A stretch of 29,346 bases of DNA from a virus (lineage: Duplodnaviria; Heunggongvirae; Uroviricota; Caudoviricetes). The translations under genes and the position numbers were made by a program. The notes under the pieces are model-generated. The model searched no databases and was not told where the DNA came from. It worked only from the letters and a program-made list of their open reading frames with translations. Position 1 is the first letter of the stretch, and each line of letters begins with the position of its first letter. Positions 1 through 10,308 of this stretch are shown here, piece after piece. The stretch covers positions 1-29,346 of IMG/VR virus record IMGVR_UViG_2541047790_000014, one strand, 5' to 3'.

Positions 1-1173
1 TCAGGCCTTATGGTGGAAATAATCACTCAGGCGGGAAAACATGCTGCCTTCCCCGACAGATTCCAGGGTAACCAGCGGCCAGTGCGCCACCTGTTTATCA
101 CGGTCGTAAAGTTCAATTTCCCCTACCCGCTGATGGGCGCTAATTGGCGCGGTGAGTTCTTTACCATCAAGGGTATATTTGGCTTTGATATGTGGAATTT
201 CGGCTTTCGGTAGCACCATCCAGAACTCTTGTTCCGTTCCCAGGGCGATATTTTCTTTATCACCATACCAGATGCGTTCCGTACCGACCTTTTTCCCACG
301 GTGCAAAATTTGCACCGTAGTAAAGTTTTGTTGCCCCCAACGCAGTAATTTTCTTGCCTCTTCCTCACGACCTTTTGCGCTGTCAGCCCCCATTACCACT
401 GCAATGAGGCGACGCTGCCCGTCTACAGCCGAAGCAATAAGATTAAACCCGGCACCAGAAGTATGGCCCGTTTTCAGGCCGTCAACATTCATGGTTTTAT
501 CCCACAATAACCCGTTACGGTTTTGCTGGGTGATACCGTTCCAGGTGAGGCTTTTCTCACTGTACATATGATAAAACTCGGGCTCGCCGTGGATGATAGC
601 GCGAGAAAGCACGGCTAAATCATAAGCCGAGCTATGCTGGCCAGGTGCATCCAGACCATGCACTGTTTCAAAATGCGTATCCTTGAGATGCAGCTTCTCG
701 GCATAGTTGTTCATCATTTCAACAAACTGCCGTTGCCCACCGGCAATATAGTCAGCCAGAGCAACACAAGCGTCATTTCCGGAATCCACAATTAAACCAC
801 GGCTTAAATCACGTACCGATACGCGATCGCCCTCTTTCAAAAACATCAGTGAAGAACCGACAAACACCGGATTATCTTTCGCCCACGCATCGCGCCCCAC
901 GGTGACAATATCGTCTGGCGTAATGCGATGACTATCGATAGCGCGATCCACGACATAGCCCGTCATCAGCTTTGTCAGGCTGGCGGGATTGCGCTGTTGA
1001 TGCTCATTACCCGCGGTGAGAATCTGACCGGTGGTGTAATCCATCAATACCCAGGACCCGGCATGAATCTCTGGAGGCTGAGGTGAAAAAGGAATGTTTT
1101 CCGCCGCAAAACCAGACGATAAATTAAAAACGAACAAAGAAGCAGCAATAATAAGACGGCGTTTCAACAGCAA
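1..1173 (-). CDS. dacD: D-alanyl-D-alanine carboxypeptidase, class C low-molecular-weight PBP (PBP6b-like)
   Basis: Complete 390-aa ORF with signal peptide and the three serine-PBP motifs (SLTK, SGND, KTGH). Gene identity as dacD is from memory of the E. coli protein and the divergent sbcB-like start 202 bp upstream. Confidence 0.8.
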   Translation of the reverse strand: MLLKRRLIIAASLFVFNLSSGFAAENIPFSPQPPEIHAGSWVLMDYTTGQILTAGNEHQQRNPASLTKLMTGYVVDRAIDSHRITPDDIVTVGRDAWAKDNPVFVGSSLMFLKEGDRVSVRDLSRGLIVDSGNDACVALADYIAGGQRQFVEMMNNYAEKLHLKDTHFETVHGLDAPGQHSSAYDLAVLSRAIIHGEPEFYHMYSEKSLTWNGITQQNRNGLLWDKTMNVDGLKTGHTSGAGFNLIASAVDGQRRLIAVVMGADSAKGREEEARKLLRWGQQNFTTVQILHRGKKVGTERIWYGDKENIALGTEQEFWMVLPKAEIPHIKAKYTLDGKELTAPISAHQRVGEIELYDRDKQVAHWPLVTLESVGEGSMFSRLSDYFHHKA

Positions 1174-1375
1174 ACCCTCAGGTGTTTCAAATAGCTGTTC
1201 TTTTTACGGAAATACTTATGAACTGGCTGGAATAAAGTGCAAGAAAATGTGACTACTATCTCATTTTTATCTGACATGATCTGTTGCCACTCGCTGCCAA
1301 ATTGTCGCGCTAAAGCTGATTAGCACGGTGATATTTGATACTCTGGCAGACAGCAGAAATAACGGATTTAACCTA

Positions 1376-1438
1376 ATGATGAATGACGGTAAGCAACAAT
1401 CTACCTTTTTGTTTCACGATTACACGCACCCCACCTGA
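1376..1438 (+). pseudogene. sbcB: Truncated 5' fragment of exonuclease I gene (first 16 codons, then divergence and stop)
   Basis: ATG ATG AAT GAC GGT AAG CAA CAA TCT ACC TTT TTG TTT CAC GAT TAC encodes MMNDGKQQSTFLFHDY, matching my recollection of the SbcB N-terminus. The next expected residues (ETFG, including catalytic Glu17) are absent and the frame stops at 1436-1438. Spacing to dacD is as expected for the host locus. Confidence 0.5.
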
Positions 1439-1477
1439 GAACAGCCATGAGTAAGGGTTTCATGGTTTATGATTTTA

Positions 1478-1499
1478 GTTTGGTACACAATTTGGTACA
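1478..1499. repeat. Tandem direct repeat TTTGGTACACA x2, candidate integrase binding sites near the prophage-host junction
   Basis: Two adjacent 11-bp copies about 45 bp inside the apparent junction. The repeat resembles the remembered sbcB core sequence TTTGGTACGCAC that is missing at the junction. Confidence 0.4.
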
Positions 1500-1958
1500 C
1501 ATCGCAATTTTCACATCACCGGGCAGTCATAAAACTCACCATAACGCTCTTCGTTGATGATGTACGTGATCACCAAAAATATCGCATCCGGACTAGTTCC
1601 ATCTTCATGCGTAGGTATCTGTTCATGCCTACCTGTCTGCAAATCCTAAAGATGAGATTTTAGAGTTTTGGGATATCTTTTTATCCTCAGTTCTCTATCC
1701 ATTCTGCAAACCAGTAACGAACCATCACCGTGTGATAGTGAGGCATCCGCTACGTTAAGCGCAGAGAAATGATGCAGTGGTGGGCGGATTGGATTGATGA
1801 AAAGGTGGTGTGACCCGCCTTAACAACTATCGAATATCACAAAACCTTGCAATCCAGTGCAAAGCTTTGTGTGCAAGAATATTTTCTCACCAACATCATG
1901 ACAACATTATTCTCTTAGTTAATTACATCGAAAAATCATACATAACCATATTAATTAA

Positions 1959-1985
1959 CAATCTGCGCCTTTTCGACGCAGATTT
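1959..1985. terminator. Putative terminator hairpin downstream of the tailspike gene
   Basis: Perfect 7-bp inverted repeat ATCTGCG / CGCAGAT with a 9-nt loop, flanked by AT-rich sequence, just past the tailspike stop at 2007. Confidence 0.35.
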
Positions 1986-2006
1986 CATATTGTTTTATGT
2001 TGAATA

Positions 2007-4394
2007 TCATATTTTATTTAAGTTATTCTTTTTTAATGTCATCTCTAGTTCTTCGATACGTCTTTCTATATTATCAATTCTCTCCCAGCATTGCTGAATT
2101 GATTTAACAATAGGTGGGATAAACTCATCGTAACCGAGTGAGTAAACATCATCCCCACCATTTTTCAAGTGATGCTGTAGCCCACCGAACTCAACACCTA
2201 ATTTTTCACACAGTTTCAATACGTCCTGTGCAATAAACCAGTGATGGTATCGTTGACGTTTTTTACTGCCGTCAGGAGTTTTCTGCACTACTTCAAGATA
2301 TTTTTCTTCGACATTCTCAATAGCTGATATAGTAATTCCATCAACATCTCGTTCTACTTTTTTTGGTACAATTCTTGTCTTTTCAATAACATCAATATAA
2401 TCATCACGCATATCCCAGCGACCATCGACAGGACGAAGCCCAAGGATAAATTCAATCCCCAGCAAAGTATCTCGGATATCTGTTTTATCACGCGCATCAG
2501 ATCTGTTTTGCACAGTTCCATATACATACGTCGTTGTGGAAGAATTGCCAAGCTGCACCTGATTACTTCCAGACACTCTTGCATCATTGCCAACAGTTGT
2601 TGTGTTGGTAAGTGATGATGTGCTTTCCCCTGATTGAGTTAATCTACCTGAATTATGTCCAATAGCCGTGTTTAATGCGCCGGTTGTATTTGTGACAAGA
2701 GAGCCAGACCCAATTGCAACGTTACTGCTTCCCGATGTTGTTCCTTTTAATGCCTGCTGTCCAACCGCAACATTATTATCACCCGTTGCTGCTATAAGTG
2801 CCATGTGACCAATAGAAACGGTAAATGAACCTAGCGTTTGAGTTTCACCGCATGCACCATAACCAATTACAACAACATTATCTGTAATTGTTGACTCGGT
2901 TGCCGCTCCAGCACCAATAACAACGCTTTCATTCCCGGCAAGATTCTTGCGCATTGCGAACATTCCAATGCCAACATTATCATGCCCAGTCCCTGTACCT
3001 GCTGCCTCCGCAGCACCAAGACAGTTTCCCGCTCTGTAGCCAACCATGGTGTTATTTGAACCAATAGAGAAGTCTCCGGCAAAAGAGCCTACGTATACAC
3101 TATTAGACTGTGAGTAATCTCCAGGATTTCCATTCGCCCGATATCCTACTGCAACTGTATAAATAGTATCTGGAGCCTCAGCCATGGCCTCAAAGCCAAC
3201 TCCAACGTTATATCTACCGCCCTTAACTTTTTCTCCTGCACCAAGTCCGAAGAATGAGTTATAGCTCCCGGTTGTTAGCCACTCGCCAGCAACAGAACCT
3301 ACAGCAGTGTTTCCTGTTCCAGTACATCGATACAAAGTCAGGAAGCCAACTCCGGTATTATTATTTCCTGAAATATTACTCATCAATGATTTTGACCCAA
3401 TGGCAGTATTGTTAACACCATCGGTCAGATCCTGTAACGCTCGCGGGCCAAATGCTGTATTATCGTAACCCTTTGGCGCTGTTGTTGGATCTGGTAACTC
3501 CGGGGTTAGTTTTTCACCACCGCCACCATTGGCACAAAGATTGTAAGATCGAATAAATTCAGCCACTGGCCCAAGTTTTAAATAACCATTGGCAATATTA
3601 ATTCTGACACTTACATTAACTGAGCTACCAGGAGCTTCTATTGTCCTGTCATCAACCCAGGTAAAACTCTGTGGTATCCCGTCATAAGTTAATGTCACAT
3701 CTCCTTTATCATTATAATTATAGAACAATGTATAACGCTCATTTATAGATTCAGAACCTGATGATCCTCCTCTCCTCCACCACTCTGCATTATCAAAAAT
3801 AAGTAATCCTGGACCATAATATTTTCCCTTCTGACCCAAGATCATAGGAGTCGATAATCGCCACCTTCCCTCTGGAACATATACATCGATCCCAGTTCTT
3901 TCTGCGTCTTTAAACGATTCATCACATAATAAAACACCACCTTCAACAGCACCAAATCCACGAACATCACCATTATCTCTCCATCGAGCCATTTGCAACT
4001 CAGGATACTTCTTAGCGCCATCAATGTCTTCTAATTGGTCCCGCAGCTGATCAGGATCATACTTCAGTACATTAGGAAAATAGAACTGCTGAGCACCGTA
4101 AGCATCATATACAGCCATAGAATGGCCTTGCACAGTTACGAACTTGGCAATCTGTCCGTTATATACAGGGTAACCAGCAGCGTTAAGGATGATTGGTTGT
4201 GAAACAGGAATGTGAGAACCATCTTCACTCTCTACATAAACCTGAATCTGGTTTTCAGGATTTACCGGGTCAGTGTCAATTTTACCGATATAAATTTTGC
4301 CATTAGCTACGGCTTTAAAAGAGCGAGCCATAGTGAAGAGTTGCGATGGCATCCCAATTACAACATTTGGGGTTATATTAGGCATATTAGTCAT
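2007..4394 (-). CDS. Tailspike protein: P22-gp9-like head-binding N-terminal domain, repeat-rich receptor-binding domain, C-terminal intramolecular chaperone (peptidase S74-like)
   Basis: N-terminal stretch [25 protein letters not shown]...[13 protein letters not shown]...LKYDPDQ closely resembles the P22 tailspike head-binding domain. The centre has many NTAIG/NVGVG-type repeats. The C-terminus has the Ser-Lys dyad context SDARDK typical of self-cleaving fibre chaperone domains. Start placed at MTNMPN (4394); the ORF extends to 4478 but that extension lacks an RBS. Confidence 0.85.
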   Translation of the reverse strand: MTNMPNITPNVVIGMPSQLFTMARSFKAVANGKIYIGKIDTDPVNPENQIQVYVESEDGSHIPVSQPIILNAAGYPVYNGQIAKFVTVQGHSMAVYDAYGAQQFYFPNVLKYDPDQLRDQLEDIDGAKKYPELQMARWRDNGDVRGFGAVEGGVLLCDESFKDAERTGIDVYVPEGRWRLSTPMILGQKGKYYGPGLLIFDNAEWWRRGGSSGSESINERYTLFYNYNDKGDVTLTYDGIPQSFTWVDDRTIEAPGSSVNVSVRINIANGYLKLGPVAEFIRSYNLCANGGGGEKLTPELPDPTTAPKGYDNTAFGPRALQDLTDGVNNTAIGSKSLMSNISGNNNTGVGFLTLYRCTGTGNTAVGSVAGEWLTTGSYNSFFGLGAGEKVKGGRYNVGVGFEAMAEAPDTIYTVAVGYRANGNPGDYSQSNSVYVGSFAGDFSIGSNNTMVGYRAGNCLGAAEAAGTGTGHDNVGIGMFAMRKNLAGNESVVIGAGAATESTITDNVVVIGYGACGETQTLGSFTVSIGHMALIAATGDNNVAVGQQALKGTTSGSSNVAIGSGSLVTNTTGALNTAIGHNSGRLTQSGESTSSLTNTTTVGNDARVSGSNQVQLGNSSTTTYVYGTVQNRSDARDKTDIRDTLLGIEFILGLRPVDGRWDMRDDYIDVIEKTRIVPKKVERDVDGITISAIENVEEKYLEVVQKTPDGSKKRQRYHHWFIAQDVLKLCEKLGVEFGGLQHHLKNGGDDVYSLGYDEFIPPIVKSIQQCWERIDNIERRIEELEMTLKKNNLNKI

Positions 4395-4730
4395 CCTGTT
4401 TGAAAACTTAGAAATTGAATAAAAAGGAATGACTGTAGACAAAGATGCAAGTGTTTTGAAAAATAATCTTCTATCCATTTTAAATCATGCAACACAAACA
4501 AAACGATTATTTTACAACGTGCACGAATCTTGATCAACAGGCATATATTTTAATTGCTGAATACGTCACTTAAAAATGACAAGTACTACTTTTATTCCTA
4601 TCGTCCATGATTTTAATTTTCAAATATTATTAAATAACAATTCCTATTTATAATATCTGTCATTTAATTTGCTCCAGATACAAGTAATCGCTGCAGCATG
4701 ACTGCAGTGATACATAATCAATCATACAAC

Positions 4731-4747
4731 AAGACCACCGTGGTCTT
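4731..4747. promoter_or_regulatory. Mnt-operator-like palindrome AAGACCACCGTGGTCTT
   Basis: Perfect 17-bp palindrome about 60 bp upstream of mnt, resembling the symmetric P22 mnt operator (GGTCCACGGTGGACC-type, from memory). A GATAAT -10-like hexamer lies about 20 bp downstream. Confidence 0.5.
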
Positions 4748-4809
4748 ATTGAGGATGCAACCAGCAGATAATAAGATGCCGATCCACTCACAAGAGCGAG
4801 GCATCAAGA

Positions 4810-5061
4810 ATGGGAAGAGATGACCCGCAATTTAATCTGCGGCTACCTTACGAATTAAAGGAAAAACTAAAACAGCGAGCCAAATCCAATGGCCGCTCTC
4901 TTAATTCAGAATTAGTTCAGATAGTGACTGATGCTGTATCAAAGCCATCCAAAATTTCAGGCTATCGAGACGATGCGGAACGCATCGCTGATGAGCAGTC
5001 CGAACTTGTTAAGAAGATGGTGTTTGATACGCTGAAGGATTTGTACAAAAAAACCACCTGA
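4810..5061 (+). CDS. mnt: Mnt repressor (ribbon-helix-helix, Arc/MetJ family)
   Basis: 83-aa protein MGRDDPQFNLRLPYELKEKLKQRAKSNGRSLNSELVQIV...ELVKKMVFDTLKDLYKKTT is near-identical to my recollection of P22 Mnt. RBS GAGG 8 nt upstream. Confidence 0.9.
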   Translation: MGRDDPQFNLRLPYELKEKLKQRAKSNGRSLNSELVQIVTDAVSKPSKISGYRDDAERIADEQSELVKKMVFDTLKDLYKKTT

Positions 5062-5078
5062 CGGTGGGTTAATTTTTG
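5051..5078 (+). terminator. Rho-independent terminator at the end of mnt
   Basis: Hairpin AACCACC-TGAC-GGTGGGTT followed by TTAATTTTTG. The mnt stop codon lies in the loop. Confidence 0.5.
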
Positions 5079-5080
5079 CA

Positions 5081-5125
5081 TTTACCTGGGCCATATTGAC
5101 TACTTATAAAATGAGATCAATATTT
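5081..5125 (+). promoter_or_regulatory. Putative sigma70 promoter for the downstream small gene
   Basis: TTGACT (5096-5101), 17-bp spacer, AATATT; an overlapping alternative is TTTACC-N18-TATAAA. About 40 bp upstream of the RBS of the 5161 gene. Confidence 0.35.
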
Positions 5126-5160
5126 AATCGCCCAATAACGGGTGTATGTTGAGGTATATC

Positions 5161-5406
5161 ATGGCGAAAAAACCAGGTGAAAACACAGGAAAAACGGCGG
5201 AATATACCAAGAGGTTGGCCCACGCGGCGGTAAGAAAGACAATTTTGCCACCGTCAAGGACAACGAAAGGCTTCCGCCAACAACAAAGCCAGGTCATGGC
5301 TGGGTATTGGATAAGCGAACTCCAGACAGCAAAAAGTAATACTCAAGCCGGGTCACTCCGGCTTTTTGATATGTCGCTCGCAGAACTCAACAAGCCTGCT
5401 CATTAA
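5161..5406 (+). CDS. Hypothetical small basic protein (accessory locus, sieA-equivalent position)
   Basis: 81-aa ORF starting MAKKPGENTGK with RBS GAGG at 5151-5154 and a promoter-like sequence upstream. The track ORF starts earlier at 5146 without an RBS. No recognisable family. Confidence 0.4.
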   Translation: MAKKPGENTGKTAEYTKRLAHAAVRKTILPPSRTTKGFRQQQSQVMAGYWISELQTAKSNTQAGSLRLFDMSLAELNKPAH

Positions 5407-5718
5407 GTAGCAGTAAGTCTCGTTGGCTCTTCCTGGTTCAACATCAACGCCGACCCTTGAGCAGATATCGAATGCCATGTGAGCGCACTCATGGGCAATA
5501 GTAGATAGTTTGCCATTGAACACGCCTATCACATGCAAAACACCATTCTCGCTGCTCATTGTATGAGACGCTCCGTTGGCGTCCGAGTCATGCACGTCAA
5601 CGCCAAGTTTTTGATGCAGGCGTTGCCATTCTGGAAAGTCTCTACAAAACACAATTGTACCGCTCTCAAAGAGCGGAACGAGCATCTTTGGTACGTTTCC
5701 AATGTTAACTTTTTTCAT
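5353..5718 (-). CDS. Hypothetical protein with HExxH motif (possible small zinc metallopeptidase-like protein)
   Basis: 121-aa ORF from MKKVNIGNV, containing HECAH. The longer track ORF (start 5871) has no RBS. The 3' end overlaps the convergent 5161 gene by 54 bp. Family not recognised. Confidence 0.4.
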   Translation of the reverse strand: MKKVNIGNVPKMLVPLFESGTIVFCRDFPEWQRLHQKLGVDVHDSDANGASHTMSSENGVLHVIGVFNGKLSTIAHECAHMAFDICSRVGVDVEPGRANETYCYLMSRLVEFCERHIKKPE

Positions 5719-5755
5719 GGTATCCTGCTCAAAACTAAGGAGGTTGGAGGTTGGT

Positions 5756-6085
5756 GTGCTTGAATGGTTTCTGTTGGCTGCATTAGTCGTTTCTGGTTGG
5801 GTGTATGAGTATCGAATGCACTCTCTAACAAAAAAAATAGGAATTCTAGAAAACGAATATTGGGCTCTCAAATCCTCACTGGAACGTGAGCAAGGAGACT
5901 TAAAAATCTATCTGTCTAGCATTGAGCGTTCTATAGAGAGCCTAGAGGATAAAGTTAATCGTATAAAGAATGAGGATATTCATGATATTAAGGACGATAT
6001 ATCCTTCTTAAAATCTTGGTTGAAAAATGTTGGTAAAATTGCCACATCAACACGAGATAAGCTCAATCCATCCATGGATGATTAA
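5756..6085 (+). CDS. Hypothetical membrane-anchored coiled-coil protein
   Basis: GTG start with GGAGG 5 nt upstream. N-terminal hydrophobic helix (FLLAALVVSGWVY) then a charged heptad-like region (LENEYWALKSSLEREQGDLKIYLSSIERSIESLEDKVNRIK). DNA is AT-rich relative to the flanking structural genes. Confidence 0.5.
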   Translation: MLEWFLLAALVVSGWVYEYRMHSLTKKIGILENEYWALKSSLEREQGDLKIYLSSIERSIESLEDKVNRIKNEDIHDIKDDISFLKSWLKNVGKIATSTRDKLNPSMDD

Positions 6086-8254
6086 TTACTCCTGTGCTAT
6101 TCCGCTTAGCGATGCCACAATTCCAGCCCTTGCTAAACGCTGGAAATCTTCGTTTCCTAGTGCATCGCGTATTGCTTTTACGGCGGCCTTATTTGCCATA
6201 AATCTGCGTTCAGCCGCCGCTAATGCGCCATCACTTGCCCCAACCTTAACTGCCTTTGTTGCCTCTTGAACAGCCTTTTCAATAGCGTAACGACCGCTTC
6301 TGGTTGCGGATAATTTCGCTATCGATCCTTTTGCTATTGCATCAATTGCTCCACCTGCAGCGCCACCCACTATTGCTCCAATAACACCACCTCCAGAGAA
6401 CCCTGCGATAGCGCCAGCGGTTGGAAAAGCGCCAGACAATACGCTCTCTAAAACTGGATGAAGGCCCTTCTCAAGAGTGCTAATGGCTGGCATAGAGCGC
6501 CCTGTCTGTTCAACATATCGAAGTGGCTTTGTTGCTGCTCGTGCAAGTTCTCCGTATGAACTTGTAATCCTGCCAAGTTCTGGAGAATATCGACTAATTG
6601 CCTTCACGTTTTGTGGGGTAAGAATAGTCGCGATATGCTTAATTCCAGCCCCTTCAGACTTACCTCCGCGCATCCCTTGCGATACCGTATCTTGCAATAT
6701 TGATGCAATTGCTGGCGCGCGTTCAGACTCAGGTAGGGCGCTTATTATTTTATGAAACTGACCTGTTCCACTTTTTGCTGAGCCCTGTAACGCCTTAGAG
6801 CCATTAGTTACCAACTGATCAGTTGCAAGGTCTCTACCAAACGCTGCTTCAGCCTGTTCTTGTGCTGTAAATCTTGCCTTTGACAGATCATTAGCTTTTT
6901 GCCAGTCATCAAGAAAACCGCCATTTTGAGCCATTATGCGCATATCTTCCGTTGCTGCATCACGAAGCTCAGCCATGCGCCTTGCCGTATTTGCCTCACC
7001 AGACCTTATATACTTCTGCTCAGCGTCAGCAAGTTTACTTCGCCATGCCTTCATGGCATCAAACGTGATTCCATTTTTACCAGTTTTAGCATAAGCAGAT
7101 GCGAATTGTTTCATCTCAGGAGTTAGCGGCATGCCAGCCAAAATATCACCCTGAATTGTAGCGTTCAGGTTTAACATTCTGGCCTTTGCGTCAGGCATCG
7201 TGGAGCGGACGCTATCCCATGCGGCCTTTTCTGAATTTTTCATTTTATCAATACTTGCCAAAACCCTTTGTTTTATGGCTGCACTTTTTTCTGATGCAGT
7301 TCCTGCTTCAGCCCCAAACTCATCCAATGCTGAGTTAAATTTCGACTCTATTTCACTGAATGCTTTGGTGTGTGCATCCTGTGTAATTCCGGGCTTTGAC
7401 GCCAGAATCCCCTCCGCCTGAGCAAGACCACGACTACCTGATCTCATGCCAGGAGTTAATGCGTTGATATCTATTCCAGCGGTATCTGCTGCTTTTGCTA
7501 TTTCGTCTGACACGTTAGCTGACTGTCTGGCAATAATCTCTCTTCCTGTACCAGACTTTGCCATTTTCGAAACATCAGCAGCGGAATTTATTGCCCCGCC
7601 ACCAAGAACTTGAGGTGATTTAGAGGTTAAGAGCCTTCCAGCCCCAGAAAGTATCCCCTGAGCACCAATATTGATACCACCGTTAATGGCAGCATTTTGT
7701 GCAAAGTCGCCCTCCTGATTTGCAGCATCAGCAAGAGAACCTGCAATCATGTTTCCTGCGGAACCGATATCTCCAGCGAGCTTTGCTGGCGCTCCAGCAG
7801 CTTTTGCCGCTGTGCCAATTGGCAGGAGATACCCACCAATTGTTTCACCGGCTTGCGCGTAAGGGTCTGTCGGTCGATCGACAGGGCGATAAACATCATC
7901 CAAAACCTTTGGGCCACCAAGCCCCTGGCTGATTGCATTAATCAGACTTGCGCCACCCTGTAACACGTCAAATGGTATGTTTACCAGACCACGACCAGCC
8001 TGTTCTGCAATTTGCCCTGCACTTTGACCACCAGTGAGCCAATCGCCAGCTTGTTGCATCAATGATGGTTCTTCTTTCTGCTGCTGAGGCGGAGGGTATG
8101 CTGCATAAAACTGATCTCTTGCTTCAGCCCATTTGTCACCAGCCTTAGGGGCAACAACCTCATCAAAATATTGCGCTTGAGCCTGTGCTTTCTGTTCTTC
8201 AGTTAACGCCTGATACTGTGGAGAAGCGATAACGTCTTTCCATGCTTTAGCCAT
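6086..8254 (-). CDS. Ejection (internal virion) protein, P22 gp16-like
   Basis: 722-aa Ala/Gly-rich protein at the position of P22 gene 16, immediately after the gp20-like gene with an ATGA start/stop overlap. Assigned by synteny and composition. Confidence 0.7.
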   Translation of the reverse strand: MAKAWKDVIASPQYQALTEEQKAQAQAQYFDEVVAPKAGDKWAEARDQFYAAYPPPQQQKEEPSLMQQAGDWLTGGQSAGQIAEQAGRGLVNIPFDVLQGGASLINAISQGLGGPKVLDDVYRPVDRPTDPYAQAGETIGGYLLPIGTAAKAAGAPAKLAGDIGSAGNMIAGSLADAANQEGDFAQNAAINGGINIGAQGILSGAGRLLTSKSPQVLGGGAINSAADVSKMAKSGTGREIIARQSANVSDEIAKAADTAGIDINALTPGMRSGSRGLAQAEGILASKPGITQDAHTKAFSEIESKFNSALDEFGAEAGTASEKSAAIKQRVLASIDKMKNSEKAAWDSVRSTMPDAKARMLNLNATIQGDILAGMPLTPEMKQFASAYAKTGKNGITFDAMKAWRSKLADAEQKYIRSGEANTARRMAELRDAATEDMRIMAQNGGFLDDWQKANDLSKARFTAQEQAEAAFGRDLATDQLVTNGSKALQGSAKSGTGQFHKIISALPESERAPAIASILQDTVSQGMRGGKSEGAGIKHIATILTPQNVKAISRYSPELGRITSSYGELARAATKPLRYVEQTGRSMPAISTLEKGLHPVLESVLSGAFPTAGAIAGFSGGGVIGAIVGGAAGGAIDAIAKGSIAKLSATRSGRYAIEKAVQEATKAVKVGASDGALAAAERRFMANKAAVKAIRDALGNEDFQRLARAGIVASLSGIAQE

Positions 8255-9603
8255 TAATCACCCCATAAAGACGAGAAACCGGACTTATTGCTGTCGCTTC
8301 CTGATTTTCGCTCACTAACATATGTGTCATAACCTGATGAACTGTATCCCATTGATTCAGCCTCCCTTGCTGCAACCTTTTGAAATACAGAATATTGAGA
8401 TCGTATTTCAGATAACTGTTTTCTGACGACCTCTTCAGGCTGTGTTATATCGAGTTTCGCGATCAGGTTTTCCAGTTTTTGGCCTTCAGCATTGGAGAGG
8501 CTACCCATACCTCGCATAGTCTGCACGTTCTGGACAAACGCACCCGACTTTAATTCTTCTATCGCATTACGGTTTGCAAGCCCTTCAGCACTTGTGAAGC
8601 CATCTATATTTCTTCCTTCGAAGCGACCGATACCTTCAAGCTCCTTCTTACCAAGCAAAGAATCAATTTTCTCTATCCCTCGCTCACCAGTAATCAACGC
8701 ATTGTTGTAATTATTGTTGCCATCAAGCCATCTCTTAGCCTGAGACATTCTGGCTGACGTTGCAGCTTTACCGGTTAGCGGATCAATTCCCGTCGCTGCT
8801 ATCTGTGAGTTAAGAGACAAAACATCCATATCCTGAAGTTGTCCTGCTCTTTCAAGGGCCGCCTGTGACTGCTTAAACACATACTTGTCGTGATTCAGTC
8901 TTGCCATTTGAGCCTTATAGGAAAGATCCTGCCCCCTAATAGCCCTCGCATTCGTCATGTCATTATTGCGAATGGTTTCGTTAATTCTTTGCTGCTCCTG
9001 CTGGCGACCAACCATCTTATCCTGAACAGCAAACGCCTTTTCTGGTCCAAGCGCACCGAGAGACATAGTAGTCAGCATGTGTGATAGCTGCTCGGGATTC
9101 TGGATACCTGTCTGAATCATCCAGTCAGCATTAGCACCCACGCGATTTAACCTGTCCTTGTTGTCAGTAATGAATTTACTGTAGGCTTCCGGTCCCTGAG
9201 AAAGAGCGACGTTAGCCCTCATGGCTAAATCGCCCATATCGTTGCGTTGCTGCTCATTAAGACCGGAAAACGCCTGTTGTGCCTGTGCAACAAACGCTGG
9301 ATTTTCCTGGGCAAACTTAAATAGTCCCGATGGATCACCAGAAGCCCATGCATCAGCGTGAACCTTATTGAACGCACTAATAGCTTTCTGTTGCTGTTCC
9401 TGCTTATAAATATCAGCAACTCCAGCCAGACCACGTAACGCGGTCAGACCAACGTTATTTGCACCTGAGCGAGCCAGTTCATTGTTTTCGCGGATCAGAC
9501 CAAGCGTTGCGTTAATGTCGCTTGCCTTTGGCGCATTCTCGTTTTGCGCGCCAATGCCAGCCAAAAAACCACCAGAATTAATACCCTGTTGCCACGTAGC
9601 CAT
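8254..9603 (-). CDS. Ejection protein, P22 gp20-like
   Basis: 449-aa protein in the gp7-gp20-gp16 syntenic block. Assigned by order and size. Confidence 0.7.
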   Translation of the reverse strand: MATWQQGINSGGFLAGIGAQNENAPKASDINATLGLIRENNELARSGANNVGLTALRGLAGVADIYKQEQQQKAISAFNKVHADAWASGDPSGLFKFAQENPAFVAQAQQAFSGLNEQQRNDMGDLAMRANVALSQGPEAYSKFITDNKDRLNRVGANADWMIQTGIQNPEQLSHMLTTMSLGALGPEKAFAVQDKMVGRQQEQQRINETIRNNDMTNARAIRGQDLSYKAQMARLNHDKYVFKQSQAALERAGQLQDMDVLSLNSQIAATGIDPLTGKAATSARMSQAKRWLDGNNNYNNALITGERGIEKIDSLLGKKELEGIGRFEGRNIDGFTSAEGLANRNAIEELKSGAFVQNVQTMRGMGSLSNAEGQKLENLIAKLDITQPEEVVRKQLSEIRSQYSVFQKVAAREAESMGYSSSGYDTYVSERKSGSDSNKSGFSSLWGD

Positions 9604-9613
9604 TGATTACCCC

Positions 9614-10306
9614 TTAAAACAACGAGCCAAGCAGACCAAGACCAGCACCGATACCAGCACCCCACGGAGTTGATAGCTCGAGAGCACTGGCTATGCCACC
9701 ACCCAAAAGCGCACCGGATGCAGCACCACTAACCCCCTGCTGCAATGCTGACGGTCGGTTGGCGTTTGCCGCAGCCAGCGCCGCGCTTTGCTGTGAAATC
9801 TGACTCATGTTGTTGGCATATGTTTGCCCGGCGTTTGCCTGCCCCTGAAGAGCGCCAAGACCGATATTTGCCAGGTTGTTGTAATTGTTCATTTGTCCAG
9901 ATAGCCATTGCTGACCAAGCGTTGGTGCGATTGTTGCTAACTGATTACTGGTTGCGGTGGAACCCAATCCACCTGTTGCTTCCGCTGCCGCCAGACTCTG
10001 ATAGCGAGCCTGACCTGCAAGGTCTTTATACTGCTGAGAGTTGTAATACTGGTTAAGTGCCTGACCTTGCCCCTCCAGAGACGATAAGTTCTCGAGGCTG
10101 CCGACATACTTCTCAGCCAGAGGAGTAAACGGCTTCAGGTTATTCATGATGGTGTTGAACTGCTGATTTTGCAGGTCTGCGGCATACTTCTGAGCTTCTG
10201 CTGCATACTTTGCGCTTTTATCAGAACTGCCACCTTTACCGCCTTTTTCAGGGCAATAAGGTTCCTCGCCGCGCAGTTTTCTGCCCAGCTTAAATGCATA
10301 TAACAT
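9614..10306 (-). CDS. Ejection protein, P22 gp7-like
   Basis: 230-aa protein with Gln/Asn/Ala-rich centre and Gly-rich hydrophobic C-terminus, at the gene 7 position. Confidence 0.7.
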   Translation of the reverse strand: MLYAFKLGRKLRGEEPYCPEKGGKGGSSDKSAKYAAEAQKYAADLQNQQFNTIMNNLKPFTPLAEKYVGSLENLSSLEGQGQALNQYYNSQQYKDLAGQARYQSLAAAEATGGLGSTATSNQLATIAPTLGQQWLSGQMNNYNNLANIGLGALQGQANAGQTYANNMSQISQQSAALAAANANRPSALQQGVSGAASGALLGGGIASALELSTPWGAGIGAGLGLLGSLF

Positions 10307-10308
10307 GG

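Noticed and set aside
1810-2097. 95-aa plus-strand ORF overlapping the tailspike 3' end
   Set aside because: AT-rich low-complexity translation (Ile/Leu/Phe/Asn), no RBS, and it overlaps the tailspike terminator and coding sequence.
4395-4478. N-terminal 28-codon extension of the tailspike ORF ([28 protein letters not shown])
   Set aside because: No RBS ahead of the upstream ATG, whereas MTNMPN aligns with the P22 tailspike start and has AGGA upstream. The extension is probably untranslated.
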